Source: Planctomycetota bacterium | GTDB taxonomy: Bacteria > Planctomycetota > UBA8108 > SXIK01 | Reading direction: 5' to 3' | Assembly (NCBI GenBank): GCA_965223265.1 | Contig: OZ244999.1 | Coordinates: 5,440,001-5,504,000, forward strand | Length of the DNA stretch: 64,000 nt | Shown: positions 9,507 through 19,908 of the stretch, in pieces | Numbering within the stretch: the first letter of the stretch is position 1 | Layout of the letters: each line of letters opens with the position of its first letter | Made by a program: the position numbers and the translations under genes | Notes under the pieces: model-generated | The model's database searches: none | What the model saw: the letters and a program-made list of their open reading frames with translations, nothing else | Told to the model about the DNA's origin: nothing

Positions 9507-9607
9507 TCACCACCACCACCGGCGCTCACGGATCTTTCGGCACCGCTGGGTCAGAACTCGAAAGGCTCCGCAACCCGATCGCCGCAACTCGACAGAGGAA
9601 ACTATCT

Positions 9608-10498
9608 ATGACGCTTCGAACGAAAACGATCGCCTCTCTCACGTTACTTCTGGTTGGCGCTGTAGCGGCTGCGCGCACGCCCCCTGCGACTGCCGTGGAG
9701 AAAACGAACGAAGCCGTCGGGACCCAACAAGAGAGCAGCCGCCACATCGTCGTCGAGGAGGATCGCGTCTACGGGCGCGTCCACGGCGCAGCGTTGCTCG
9801 CGGACATCGCCTACCCAGTGCAGGGAGACCCGGTCCCAGCACTGATTTCCGTCCACGGCGGGCGCTGGCGCGGCGGCCACAAGCGCGACGCCTCGACGAT
9901 CAAAGTGCGGCAGTGGGCTCACTTTGGATTCTTCTCGATGTCGATCGACTACCGTCTCGTCGGCTGTTCCCCTGCCCCTGCATGCTACCAAGACCTTCAG
10001 TGCGCCATTCGCTTCGTGCACGCGCAGGCTAAGCGTTACAACATCGACACCGACCGCATCTTCTTGATGGGACAATCCGCCGGTGGCCACCTCGTATCGC
10101 TCGCTGCGACCATCGGCGATGGCCCCTTCGAACGCACCGGCGGTTGGAAGGAGGCGAAGAACGACGTCCGCGCGGTCATCAGCGTTGCGGCTAACTACGA
10201 ACTGACGACGCTCAGCTGGGGCGACATCTGGACGCCCGCGGAGGGCGACGCCGTCGCCGCCAGGCGATTCGCCTCCCCAGTCAACCACGTCACCAAGTCG
10301 ATGAAACCGATTCTGATCCTCCACTCCGACAACGACCGCTCGGTCCCCATCGAGAACGCGCTTGGCATGGTCGAGGCCTTAAAGAAGGCAGGCGCGACGC
10401 ACACATTTCACCGCTATCCCGAGATGGGGCACATGGGCATCAACGACGAGGTGATCAGGCGTTCACTGGAGTTCATCGAGGCGCAGTCAGCACGCTGA
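9608..10498 (+). CDS. Secreted alpha/beta hydrolase (Aes/BD-FAE-like esterase)
   Basis: HGGRW oxyanion motif, GQSAGG nucleophile elbow, HSDNDRSV, GH. Signal peptide from ATG 9608 with GAGGA RBS. Confidence 0.88.
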   Translation: MTLRTKTIASLTLLLVGAVAAARTPPATAVEKTNEAVGTQQESSRHIVVEEDRVYGRVHGAALLADIAYPVQGDPVPALISVHGGRWRGGHKRDASTIKVRQWAHFGFFSMSIDYRLVGCSPAPACYQDLQCAIRFVHAQAKRYNIDTDRIFLMGQSAGGHLVSLAATIGDGPFERTGGWKEAKNDVRAVISVAANYELTTLSWGDIWTPAEGDAVAARRFASPVNHVTKSMKPILILHSDNDRSVPIENALGMVEALKKAGATHTFHRYPEMGHMGINDEVIRRSLEFIEAQSAR

Positions 10499-10560
10499 CC
10501 GGCCCGTCCAGGTGGATTTTTGCGGCTCCTGCGATCGTAGCGTGCCGCACGCGCAGCGCT

Positions 10561-10618
10561 GAAAGAAAAATGCCCCACGATCAGCCAGCGGAGAACTGCT
10601 CCGCCGCGCCGTGGGGCG
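10561..10618 (-). terminator. Possible intrinsic terminator or palindrome between convergent genes
   Basis: GCCCCACG...GCGGAG/CTCCGC...CGTGGGGC nested stem with an A-tract on its left (T-tract on the minus strand). Confidence 0.4.
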
Positions 10619-10768
10619 TACGCTCAATTCCTCACGCGCCTGAACGCGCGCTGCCTCGAGGTGACAACAGTCTCGATAAAAAAGAAATGCTCGCTTGGCC
10701 CAACGGAACTGAGCAAAAAGGCCGCTATCTCAGTCGCCCGAATTTGGCAAGCGGCTGACTCCTCTCAA

Positions 10769-12826
10769 TCACAAACAGCTCGGATTGTCGTCGCAGCCGG
10801 CGATCGGCACGCAACCGCTCACCTCCATCCCTGGCACCGCGAGCGTGTGCGCCGGAAAGCCGCTGACGAACAAAAAGTTAAGCGCTGAAATGCCGTCCGA
10901 GATGTCAACGAGGCCGTCAGGTTGCCAGTCGATGAGCCCGATGTTGCCAGGATCATCCGGAGATCCGTCGCCGCAAGGAAACGCCGGAGGGGTACCGACA
11001 AAGAGTACCCCGAAAAGGCACACTGCGTCGGAGACGTCGACGGTGCCGTCTTGGTTGCAGTCGCCTGGCACCTGCAGGCCGTCGCCGCTACCGATCGGAA
11101 CGATCTTGAACACCCTCCCCGTATTGCCAACCGGTCCGGCGTTAGCACTCGTCAAAACGTAGATTTCACCCGCCGCGTCCTCCCCAAACCCGAACAGGAA
11201 CTCACCGAGCGGTGCCCTGGCCTCACCGATGAGAAGCTCGAAGATCTGCGCTCGGTTGTCGCCGTCCATGTCGATCGCGAACAGTCGTCCAAGCGGCTCA
11301 CCGAATGACGTACTGAAATCGCCGAACACGTAGTGCCCGGCCAGCGCCGGGAGCGCGCTGCCGCGGTAGACGTGACCTCCAATGACAGCGAGGCCCTCGA
11401 GGTGATCATACTCCGAGATCGGGTCGATCAATCCTTCCTCTTGGCAGACGTCCGGCGGGTTCGAAGGGTTGGCGGGGTCGAAACAGTTCGCGCCTTCCCG
11501 CAGCACCCAACCGTAGTTACCGCCGTTGGTGACGATGTTCACTTCCTCGAAGAGGTTCTGTCCGACATCCGCAACAATGAGCTCGTTCGTGCCGCCGCTG
11601 TCGAAGGAGAAACGATACGGGTTGCGAAAGCCGTACGCGTAGATTTCGTCAAGCCCGTCCTCGTCGACAAATGGGTTGCCCTCGGGGATCGCAAACGGAT
11701 CGCCGTTGTCAACGTCGATGCGCAGAACCGAGCCGAGCGCCGTGTTGATGTTTTGACCGTGCCCCGTCTCGCCGTGAGTCGGCGGGTTGCTTGAAAGCCC
11801 GTCATCGCGCCCACCCCCGTCGCCGAGCGAGAAGTAGAGGAAGCCGTCCGGGCCGAACGCGACGTGTCCCCCATCGTGGTTGAACTCGGGCTCGTCGACC
11901 TCGAAGAGAACGCGTTCTGTTGGGTCGGCACGGTCGGGATCCTCGCTCGAGACCGCGAACTCGCTGAGGACCTCCTTATGACAACCGACGATAAAACCGT
12001 CCGGATCGTTGCACGGCTCGGCCGGATCGCCAGCGCGCGGCGCGCTGTAGCGTACGAAGAAACGTCCATTGGTCGCGTAGTCGGGATGAAACGCGACGCC
12101 GAGAAGGCCTCTTTCGTCGAAGCCTGGATTCACCTCCACCACAGTGCCGTCGAGGTCGAGAAACGGCTCTTCGAGGAGCTGTCCATTCTTGATGATGCGA
12201 ATGGTGCCGACCTGATCGACGACGAAGAGGCGGCCGGAGTCGTCGCCGGCGTGCGTCAGCATGAGCGGCGAAGTCAGCCCTGCGGCGATCTCCTCAAGAT
12301 CGAACGCGATGTCACTCTCGAGGATGGGAAGACGCACCGGGATATCGCGCGTGAACGAGAAGTCGTCGATGACACCCGCCGTGAACTCAACACGTGCAAT
12401 GTCCACGGCGACGTCGAACGTGACGAACTTATCACCAGGTGTGGTGGCGTCGTTCGAGGCTGCGGTGGCTAGAATACTGCCATCGGCACCGTAGGCGGTG
12501 GCAGTCCCCGCGGCGAAAGTAAAACCGTGGACGTAGAAAAACGTGACAGAATCCACCGGTGTGTCGAACGTCACTTGGGCGAGGTCCGTGTCGACCTCAT
12601 AGGAGAACCGACCCGACGCATAGAGCGCGAGGATGCCCTCGGTCTCGACGACACCGCCGCTCCAGTTGGAGCCGCGAAACGAAAAGTCCCGCGTGCCTTG
12701 CGGCGTGACACCGTTTTCGTCGAAGCGGTTTTCGAACTGGATCGTGATCGTCTCTTGCTCCAAGGCGACGAGTTGTGGCGTCACCAGCAGGGCCGCGAGC
12801 CCCAGAAAAAACCCATACCGTGTCAT
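10769..12826 (-). CDS. PQQ-dependent sugar dehydrogenase (GSDH family) with C-terminal dockerin-like domain
   Basis: ERGLLGVAFHPDY, NHDGG..FGPDGFLY..GDGG, YAYGFRNPYRFSFD, GGNYGW; tail GDCNQDGTVDVSDA; signal peptide from MTRYGFF. Confidence 0.9.
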   Translation of the reverse strand: MTRYGFFLGLAALLVTPQLVALEQETITIQFENRFDENGVTPQGTRDFSFRGSNWSGGVVETEGILALYASGRFSYEVDTDLAQVTFDTPVDSVTFFYVHGFTFAAGTATAYGADGSILATAASNDATTPGDKFVTFDVAVDIARVEFTAGVIDDFSFTRDIPVRLPILESDIAFDLEEIAAGLTSPLMLTHAGDDSGRLFVVDQVGTIRIIKNGQLLEEPFLDLDGTVVEVNPGFDERGLLGVAFHPDYATNGRFFVRYSAPRAGDPAEPCNDPDGFIVGCHKEVLSEFAVSSEDPDRADPTERVLFEVDEPEFNHDGGHVAFGPDGFLYFSLGDGGGRDDGLSSNPPTHGETGHGQNINTALGSVLRIDVDNGDPFAIPEGNPFVDEDGLDEIYAYGFRNPYRFSFDSGGTNELIVADVGQNLFEEVNIVTNGGNYGWVLREGANCFDPANPSNPPDVCQEEGLIDPISEYDHLEGLAVIGGHVYRGSALPALAGHYVFGDFSTSFGEPLGRLFAIDMDGDNRAQIFELLIGEARAPLGEFLFGFGEDAAGEIYVLTSANAGPVGNTGRVFKIVPIGSGDGLQVPGDCNQDGTVDVSDAVCLFGVLFVGTPPAFPCGDGSPDDPGNIGLIDWQPDGLVDISDGISALNFLFVSGFPAHTLAVPGMEVSGCVPIAGCDDNPSCL

Positions 12827-13129
12827 GGGGAACCTCTCTTCTGTTTCGACCCTAAGAACCGACCGCAAGCGGCGGTCGGCCCATTCCCAACCAACGAAGA
12901 GCAGCAAACCGTGGGCCGCGGCGAAAGCCACTTCGCAACTCAGGATTTCGAAAGGACTTGCCGGCCAAGCCGAGCTTTGGTGCAAAACGCAGGAGCGTTT
13001 TTCGATCGCTCGACGTTCGAAATTCGATCAACCTGGGCGGTACACTCCTCACGGTCAGCGGCTCAGGGAGCCCGCTGGCAGACGCGGCGCGGGCGACCGC
13101 GCGTTAGATCAAATCGGCGCGGCGCATCG

Positions 13130-13165
13130 AAAAAGGCGAAGGAAATCGTTGATTCCCTTCGCCTT
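13130..13165 (-). terminator. Intrinsic terminator of the Bax inhibitor gene
   Basis: Minus strand GGCGAAGGGAATC-AAC-GATTTCCTTCGCC-TTTTT, about 45 nt after the stop. Confidence 0.8.
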
Positions 13166-13206
13166 GAATTCAGGTCGTACAGTCTACAGCTGCAGCCAGC
13201 CGCCGC

Positions 13207-13923
13207 TCAGTCGCGCGACATGAAGATCTGCAGGATGTACCAGAACAGCGTCGCGACCGATGAGAAGAGCGCAAGCGATGCCGCGACATGCTGGTTGGTC
13301 GGGTAGTGGTGCAACACCTTGGAGGTGTAGAACAGGATGAAGCCTGACATCAGCACGGACATGCCGACCGCGAACCAGACACCGAGGCTGATCCCGAACA
13401 GTATCGCGCAGACGATCAGTCCGAGACCCAGGAAGCTTCCGATCGTCAGAGCTGAGCGCAGAAACGAAAAGTCCTTACCGGTGAAAAAGACGACGCCCGT
13501 CAGTCCGGCGAAAACGCAGAGCGTCGTGATCGCAGCGCCGGGAAGGACGTGCTCGCTCGAATGGAAGACGGCAATGTACAGAATCGGCACGAAGATGATG
13601 GACTCGGCGATCGTAAACAGAGCCAAGCCTGCATACTGCGTAGACGCAGCCGCACCACTTTGGGCCATGCGCTCGGCAACCCAGCCGACGAGAAGAAAGC
13701 CGCCAAAGATCAACAGATATCCAAAAGGCATCCCTAACGCGAACGACGCGATCGACTGTGCAATCGGCGTGTTGAAATAGAACGCCTCAAGCCCCACAAA
13801 GGCGAGCACCGCCCCGGCAAGATGCGCGTAGGTACGCTTAATGAAGGCGACACGCTCGGCAGGCACGGCATTGGCCGCGACCATCTGATCACTGTAAACG
13901 TCTGCGGATCCCCAAATGGACAT
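13207..13923 (-). CDS. Bax inhibitor-1/YccA family membrane protein
   Basis: FIKRTYAHL, seven hydrophobic helices, KDFSFL, ASLALFSSVATLFWYILQIF; GGAGGAG RBS. Confidence 0.92.
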   Translation of the reverse strand: MSIWGSADVYSDQMVAANAVPAERVAFIKRTYAHLAGAVLAFVGLEAFYFNTPIAQSIASFALGMPFGYLLIFGGFLLVGWVAERMAQSGAAASTQYAGLALFTIAESIIFVPILYIAVFHSSEHVLPGAAITTLCVFAGLTGVVFFTGKDFSFLRSALTIGSFLGLGLIVCAILFGISLGVWFAVGMSVLMSGFILFYTSKVLHHYPTNQHVAASLALFSSVATLFWYILQIFMSRD

Positions 13924-14260
13924 CGCAACTCCTCCGAATGGGTCGATCGCCAGCAATGCGCGGCGAGCTGTCTCTAACTACAACGGCTACTCGTGTAGAC
14001 CTCTTCGTCTTCGGCGCATCCGCACGCTTCGAGGCAGCCGAATGTTCTTCCGAAAACGCCGGGGATCCGAGGCCGGTAGAAAGCCCGCCTCGGCACACAA
14101 CCCCTTATATTATAGTTATCCCCTCGGAGCGGATCCGTCAATTCCTTGTCGCCAAAGTCGCCGGCACCGCCTCGCATACCGATACGCGGGCGGACACTAC
14201 GTCGTCAGCAGAACGGTGTACGATTTCTGGACGTCGGGGGTCCGCCCCAGCCGGACGCCT

Positions 14261-15886
14261 TCATTCCCCCAAGAACCGCTGCAGTACGTTGCGCGTGATC
14301 TGCGAAACGGGCTCGTCCACGAGCAACGAGGCGGGATAGGTGATCGATCCGACCGAGAACACCTTGCCGCCTCCGGCGTGCTCACAGCAGACGATCTCGG
14401 CGCCTCCACCGTCGGGATTGAGGCCTTTCGCCAGGAGCTCTGTGCCCATTGGCGACGACGGGCTCATTTTATCGGTTTCGTGCCCCGAAGCGCCGCCTGA
14501 GCAGCGTTCCTGCTGGTTCTTCCGACCGAAAATGTCGCCATCACGAAGCCCGGTTCCGGCAAAAACCCAGTGCGAGGCGTCGACGACGCGATAAGGCGCC
14601 GCGGTCATGATCCCGGTCTCCGTGCAGACGACTCCCAGAAGGTGCGCCTCCGACTCGACGCGGCGATCGAAACGACTCTCACGCCATCGCTGCGGGTCAT
14701 CCGAATCGGGCATCCCGAGAGAGCCATCGATGCTCAGAAGCTGCGAGTTGCAGCGCATGGTGCGCTCGTCGACGAACTCAACCTCGCAGTTGATGCCGTT
14801 GCCGCCGAGATACATGAGACGCCCGCCGCGCTCGAACACCCATTCTTTGACGCGTTCATACATGCGCCGCGACCAGTACTCGGGGTGCGTGCTGATGATG
14901 AGGACGCGGTAGGCGTCGAGGTCGAGCGCGCCCGTGTGCAGTTGGTGATCAGCGTAAAAGTCGTATGCACGTCCCTCGCGTTCGAGCCAGGCGAGCAGAC
15001 GCCATTCCGCAGGCGCAACGTGGCAGGCCGAGCGCCCAGCGATCGAATCGGTGACGCGGGTGTCCTCTGGGACGAAGTTGATCGGCTCGGGACGGTCGAA
15101 GGAAAGCGGTGCATACGCCTCGTCCGCGGACTGCCACTCGTTGAACGAGTCGCCGCTGTAGCGCACCAAATCGAGGCGTGCGTTGACCGTCGGCACGGAC
15201 GCGAGGCCAATCGACGCGATGTAGTGACTCCGACCGCCGAAGTTGTTGTACGCGTTCCAGGTGTTCGTTGACGCCAGAACCGCAATCGGCGCCGACGGCT
15301 GCGACGGCGCGACCACCCACGGAAACGAAAAAAAAGCCCCCGACTCGCCCTTGGCGTGAAAATAGTAGAGCCCGGAGCGCTCCGGCGCGGTGACAGACTG
15401 CGTGTGATGGGAGCTGAGGTAGCCGACTTCATTCCAGCGCACGCCGGTCTGTGTGTAGTCGCCATCCGGAGTGAGCTGCATCATCGCCCGCGGACCGTGG
15501 TCATCGAACCAACCGAGCAGCTGGACGAACTCGCGCTCAAGGCCGTAGCGCCACAGCGTCAACTGATACGGCTCGACGGCGTGGACACGAAACTCGCTAC
15601 GCTCGCCGCTGCGCACCCACTTCGGCCAGGCATAGCCGAGAAGCGAATCCGAGAGCAAACGAAACTGATGCGGCACGGCACCCGGTCGGATCGAGAGGTC
15701 GACACTCTTCGAGCCGTAGCCCTGCCTCGCCAGGGTGACGCGATAGTCACCGGGCGGCAGATCCGCGACAACCGCACCCCGGGCCGAAGAGCGTGCTGTC
15801 AGCAGAAACTCGCCTTCCAGCTCGAAATCGACGAGTACATCCGCGAGGGCGACAAAAGATTCATCGCTGACGTAACCGACCAACAT
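14261..15886 (-). CDS. N,N-dimethylformamidase large-subunit family protein with N-terminal carboxypeptidase-regulatory-like domain
   Basis: TNTWNAYNNFGG, LSFDRP, HPEYWS, YLGGNG, GHETD motifs. Confidence 0.85.
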   Translation of the reverse strand: MLVGYVSDESFVALADVLVDFELEGEFLLTARSSARGAVVADLPPGDYRVTLARQGYGSKSVDLSIRPGAVPHQFRLLSDSLLGYAWPKWVRSGERSEFRVHAVEPYQLTLWRYGLEREFVQLLGWFDDHGPRAMMQLTPDGDYTQTGVRWNEVGYLSSHHTQSVTAPERSGLYYFHAKGESGAFFSFPWVVAPSQPSAPIAVLASTNTWNAYNNFGGRSHYIASIGLASVPTVNARLDLVRYSGDSFNEWQSADEAYAPLSFDRPEPINFVPEDTRVTDSIAGRSACHVAPAEWRLLAWLEREGRAYDFYADHQLHTGALDLDAYRVLIISTHPEYWSRRMYERVKEWVFERGGRLMYLGGNGINCEVEFVDERTMRCNSQLLSIDGSLGMPDSDDPQRWRESRFDRRVESEAHLLGVVCTETGIMTAAPYRVVDASHWVFAGTGLRDGDIFGRKNQQERCSGGASGHETDKMSPSSPMGTELLAKGLNPDGGGAEIVCCEHAGGGKVFSVGSITYPASLLVDEPVSQITRNVLQRFLGE

Positions 15887-15993
15887 TGGCGTTTCGCTCC
15901 TTCAGTTCCTGTCACAGCGGTCTTTTCGGTGCCTCGATTCGCACGGTGCGTATGGCCCCGATCCAATCGCGCCGCAGTGCTGCAGCGCGGTGC

Positions 15994-16977
15994 TCACGAA
16001 CCGGCGTCATCTCCCTCTCCTGCTTCATCTTCATCAGCGACGGCTTGCAAGAGTCCGCGCATGTAGCCGATCGCGAACAGCCGTCCGGCCATACTGTAGC
16101 CATCAGCCGCACCAGCTTCGCCTTCGAGCAGCGGTACGTGATCAGGACGTAGAACACCGTCGTAACCGATCTCACGATAGGCCCGCATGGCTCGCACCAT
16201 GTTGGTCTGACCGCAGTCGTGGAACGTCTCGCGAAACCTCGGCGTGCAGCCGACAACGTCACGGAAGTGGACGTAGTGGATCGCGTCGCGGAGGCGGTGA
16301 ATCGCGGCGACGACATCGACCCCCATTTCTGAAAAGCACCCTTGGCAAAAACAGACGCCGTTCGCCGCGCTCGGATTGAGGCCGATGAGGCGCTCAAAGT
16401 CCTCTACGCTCCCCATGATGCGAGGTTGACCGCCCAGGCTGTCAAGCCCCGGAGGATCGTCGGGGTGCATCGCCAGCTTGACTCCCGCTGACTCGGCGAC
16501 GGGCACGATCGCGGCGAGAAAATACTCGAGGTGCGCCCACAAATCTTCTGACTTCAACGCGGGTTCGCCCTGGTGCTCCGCGCGGTGCGCGCCCGCATCG
16601 ACTTCCGACGCGTCGAAGGCACTCACAAGCGCGCCACCACGATCCTCCACGTCAAATCGCGTCCGCGTCATGTCGCCCTGAGGCATGAAGTTGTAGCAGA
16701 GGACGGGTATCCCTACGGCGCCCATGTTGTCGATGAGGACGCGGAGGCGCTCAAGGTCGCGATCACGCTCAGGCAGGCCAAACACGGAGCTTTTGAGCGG
16801 CAGATGCCCCTCGATGGCAGCGATACTCAAGTCGCTCGCTGCGACGCGGTCACAAAGCTCGGCGAGGTTATCGCGCTGCTCACTCGTGAAGCGAACCACG
16901 ATGTCGGTGACTCCGACCTGTCGAGCCAGTCGCAGGTTCGATTCGTTGAGCGGTGTCAGAACAGTGGCGATCCGCAT
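15994..16977 (-). CDS. uxuA: Mannonate dehydratase
   Basis: CYNFMP, MHPDDPP, CQGCFSEMG, VHFRDV, RPDHVP, GRLFAIGYMRG. Confidence 0.9.
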   Translation of the reverse strand: MRIATVLTPLNESNLRLARQVGVTDIVVRFTSEQRDNLAELCDRVAASDLSIAAIEGHLPLKSSVFGLPERDRDLERLRVLIDNMGAVGIPVLCYNFMPQGDMTRTRFDVEDRGGALVSAFDASEVDAGAHRAEHQGEPALKSEDLWAHLEYFLAAIVPVAESAGVKLAMHPDDPPGLDSLGGQPRIMGSVEDFERLIGLNPSAANGVCFCQGCFSEMGVDVVAAIHRLRDAIHYVHFRDVVGCTPRFRETFHDCGQTNMVRAMRAYREIGYDGVLRPDHVPLLEGEAGAADGYSMAGRLFAIGYMRGLLQAVADEDEAGEGDDAGS

Positions 16978-17048
16978 GTCATCGCTTCGGCTTTTTTTGA
17001 GTGACTCAGTTCACACAAGTCGAGAAGATCGAACAGAAAGACCCGGAG

Positions 17049-17146
17049 CGGCACACGGCGAGGCTGTGAGTCTTTTAAAAATGTGCCGTCGCGACTCACG
17101 GTTACGTCCGGACGGCACACGGAGTGTGCCTGCTACTATAGAGACG
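17049..17146 (-). repeat. Composite GTAG-family REP element
   Basis: 17111-17136 is the reverse complement of GTAGCAGGCACACTCCGTGTGCCGTC. The whole ~100 bp aligns with 41403-41519. Confidence 0.85.
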
Positions 17147-17422
17147 TCGCCAGTGTATCGCCGACTCGGATCGGCGCCAGGTAGATTCCTGCGGCCGTGA
17201 GACGCATCGATCTTTGGGTTCTATTCGGTCTATTGCTCCGGTAGCGCGGCGCCCTGCAGCACGGCACGAACGTGGAGGGGTTGCGGTCACCACCGACGCC
17301 GCGGGAAAATGCCTTGTTGATTCACCGCGACGATCTGCTTGGACGGCCCATCGCGGTTTTTCATTCCGCAGCTCGCCTCGCTCGCAACAACGAATCCGGC
17401 CGGAGTTCCATGGGAGGAAAAG

Positions 17423-18637
17423 ATGATTCGATCGTGTGCTTTGACCCTCATCGCGTTTGCCTGCTTGACGCTTCTTCTCACCCTCGGCAAAGACAACTCC
17501 TCCGCCACCGCGAAGGACTCTCGACAACTCCCAGGCGCGCGCTTGACGATCGACGCCGCGCGCTATCCGACGCTGCAGGAAGCGTTCGATGCTCTCCCCC
17601 CCGAAGGCGGAGTCGTTGAGCTTCCGGCCGGTACGTTCGAGATCACCTCGCCGCTTCGCGTTGCCCGTGAAGATGTCCTGATTCGCGGCGCCGGCACTGC
17701 GACGCACATCCGCAACGTCAACACAGCTGGCGAGCCAGCGCTCGTCATCGAGCCGCCGGACCTCGCCTCGAACCCAAAGTCGATGCTTTGGCGTATCATG
17801 CTCGCCGACTTTCGCATCACCGGGAACGAGAAGAGCGGACACGGCGTCGTTGCACGCAACCTCAACGAGTTCTACGTCAGCGGCCTCACCGTGAGTTACA
17901 ACGGTGGCGACGGGCTGCACATGGACTACTGCTACGAGGATCCGCGCGTTTGCGACTCACTCATCACATACAACAAGGGAAGCGGCATCCGTCTGAAACG
18001 CTGCCACGACATCGTCGTCGCTAGCAACCAGCTCGAAGAGAATCAAGACGGCGTTGTTTGCACCGACAGCTTCAATCTCTGCATGACGGGAAACAACCTT
18101 GACGACCATCTCGGCGATGGAGTCATCATCGAGTATACGTACGGGTCTGTGCTCGCCGGCAACATGATCGAAGAGTGCAAGGGAACGGCCGTCGTTCTTG
18201 ATCGAGACTGCTACGGCATCACGATCAGTGCCAACGTGATCGCGCACAACATGGCCGGCGGCGTCGACCTTCGCGACGCGCACGGCTGCGCGGTCAGCGC
18301 CAACACCTTCACCATTGTCAAGGGGCGCGCCGTGTACGTTGGCCCGAAGAGCGGCCGCATCACCGTCAGCGCCAACAACTTCTCCGACAGTTTCCTGGGC
18401 GTCGACGGCGCCAATGTGCGCAAAAACGCCGAGCCAGCCACAGGCATCTTCCTGGAAGGTACAAAGGACGTGGCCATCTCGGGCAACGTCTTCTCCGGAC
18501 TACAGAGCAAGGCGGTGACGTCGATCGCGCCGAGTCAACGCGTCGTCTTCAACGGCAACGTCGTGACGGAAGTTCTCGGCAGCGACCATGCGCACCTCAG
18601 CGGTGTGTCATCCGACAACGTCGACTGGGGCGAGTGA
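17423..18637 (+). CDS. Secreted right-handed parallel beta-helix (pectin-lyase fold) protein
   Basis: Signal peptide, LQEAFDALPPEGGVVELPAG cap, repeated I(T/S)xNxI rungs. Confidence 0.88.
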   Translation: MIRSCALTLIAFACLTLLLTLGKDNSSATAKDSRQLPGARLTIDAARYPTLQEAFDALPPEGGVVELPAGTFEITSPLRVAREDVLIRGAGTATHIRNVNTAGEPALVIEPPDLASNPKSMLWRIMLADFRITGNEKSGHGVVARNLNEFYVSGLTVSYNGGDGLHMDYCYEDPRVCDSLITYNKGSGIRLKRCHDIVVASNQLEENQDGVVCTDSFNLCMTGNNLDDHLGDGVIIEYTYGSVLAGNMIEECKGTAVVLDRDCYGITISANVIAHNMAGGVDLRDAHGCAVSANTFTIVKGRAVYVGPKSGRITVSANNFSDSFLGVDGANVRKNAEPATGIFLEGTKDVAISGNVFSGLQSKAVTSIAPSQRVVFNGNVVTEVLGSDHAHLSGVSSDNVDWGE

Positions 18638-18700
18638 GCGCTCCAGAGTGTGGATGCTCGACGGGGGAACGTTCAACGTGGAATCGCAGACGACGCGCAC

Positions 18701-19627
18701 CTATCGCGCCGTGAGCTCTTCGTAGATCTTGGCAATCTGCGCCTGGAAGCGCTCGCCAACATAGCGCTCGAGCGCTGCCGGCACTTTGACCGATTGCTGC
18801 AATTCCTCGAGGCTCTTGCCGGCGGCGATGCCGTCGCGCACGGCAAACCGCAGCGTAGCGATGTAACGTCGTTGCAGCTCGATGAGGCTGCGATCGCCGC
18901 ATGGTCCGTGCCCCGGGGCGACGACTTCGACATCGAGTTCGAGTAGTGCGTCGAGGACATCGAGCCATGAGCCGGTGTCCCCGTCGCCCATGTAGTTGTA
19001 CGGTCCATTGACGACCGTGTCGCCGGTGTAGAGCACTTTCTCCTTGGGCAGGTAAGCAAAACCATCGCCGCGGGTGTGGGCAGTGCCGAAGTGAAGCAGC
19101 TCCATCCGCCGCTTCCCATCGTCGATGACCATGCGTCGAGGATACGTGAGGACCGGCAGCATCGGACCGTCGCGCTTGAGCGCGCGAATGTCGGCACGTT
19201 TCTCCTCCTGCTCTGCCCAACGCTGCGGCTCGAAACGCTTGAACTCCTCGACTACCTTCTCTGCAGCGACCGGCAGTGCGCCGTGCCGCCGCCAAATGGG
19301 ATTCCCATAGGCGTGATCGCCGTGGTGGTGCGTGTCGAACACGAAACGCACCGGATGGGATGTGCGTTCACGGATGTCCTTCAGACACGCTTCGGCACCG
19401 CTAGGAAAGTTGGCGTCGACGACGACGACGAAATCCTCAAAGACGACGAAGCCGTTGTTACAGTGTGACTCGCCCTTGAGATCGCCGTGACGGAAGAAGA
19501 TGCCAGGTGCAAGTTCGGCGACGTCGTTCTTCGACGTTTCTGGAATCGGGCTCAGAAGCGCGGCAGCGGCGCCCATACTCATGGTCAACATGACGAGGAA
19601 GGCAGGCACCAAAGTTCGACGTTTCAT
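18701..19627 (-). CDS. Secreted MBL-fold metallo-hydrolase
   Basis: THHHGDHAYGN, AHTRGD, YTGD, PGHG. Confidence 0.92.
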   Translation of the reverse strand: MKRRTLVPAFLVMLTMSMGAAAALLSPIPETSKNDVAELAPGIFFRHGDLKGESHCNNGFVVFEDFVVVVDANFPSGAEACLKDIRERTSHPVRFVFDTHHHGDHAYGNPIWRRHGALPVAAEKVVEEFKRFEPQRWAEQEEKRADIRALKRDGPMLPVLTYPRRMVIDDGKRRMELLHFGTAHTRGDGFAYLPKEKVLYTGDTVVNGPYNYMGDGDTGSWLDVLDALLELDVEVVAPGHGPCGDRSLIELQRRYIATLRFAVRDGIAAGKSLEELQQSVKVPAALERYVGERFQAQIAKIYEELTAR

Positions 19628-19908
19628 GGAATCTCCTAGGCTCGAGCTCGACCGATCAGGAGGTGTCGGTTCCGTAGATAGCAGACTTCGCCTGCAAATT
19701 GTCGCCATGAGGTTCGGATTCGGCAACCGGATTCAGTCAACGTCCGTCTGCAAGCGATCTACCCGTAGCGTCGCGAGTTCTGCGAGCAGCGAAATTCTCT
19801 CTCGGCCAGCGGGAATCTTTCCGGTATCCTCGATTCGTACGCTAACCTCGCGTACTCTTCTGGCTCGATTCAGATGAGTATGCGCCCGCTCATCGAAGGC
19901 CCTTTGGG

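Noticed and set aside
7400-9530. Integron cassette array
   Set aside because: No attC-like RYYYAAC...GTTRRRY hairpins seen between the genes and no integrase.
9452-9607. N-terminal extension of the esterase (348-aa ORF)
   Set aside because: An in-frame relic of another gene; the RBS and signal peptide point to ATG 9608.
14105-14142. Sigma70 promoter for the Bax inhibitor gene (minus-strand TTGACG and TATAAT)
   Set aside because: The spacer is 21 nt, so the pairing is not supportable as called.
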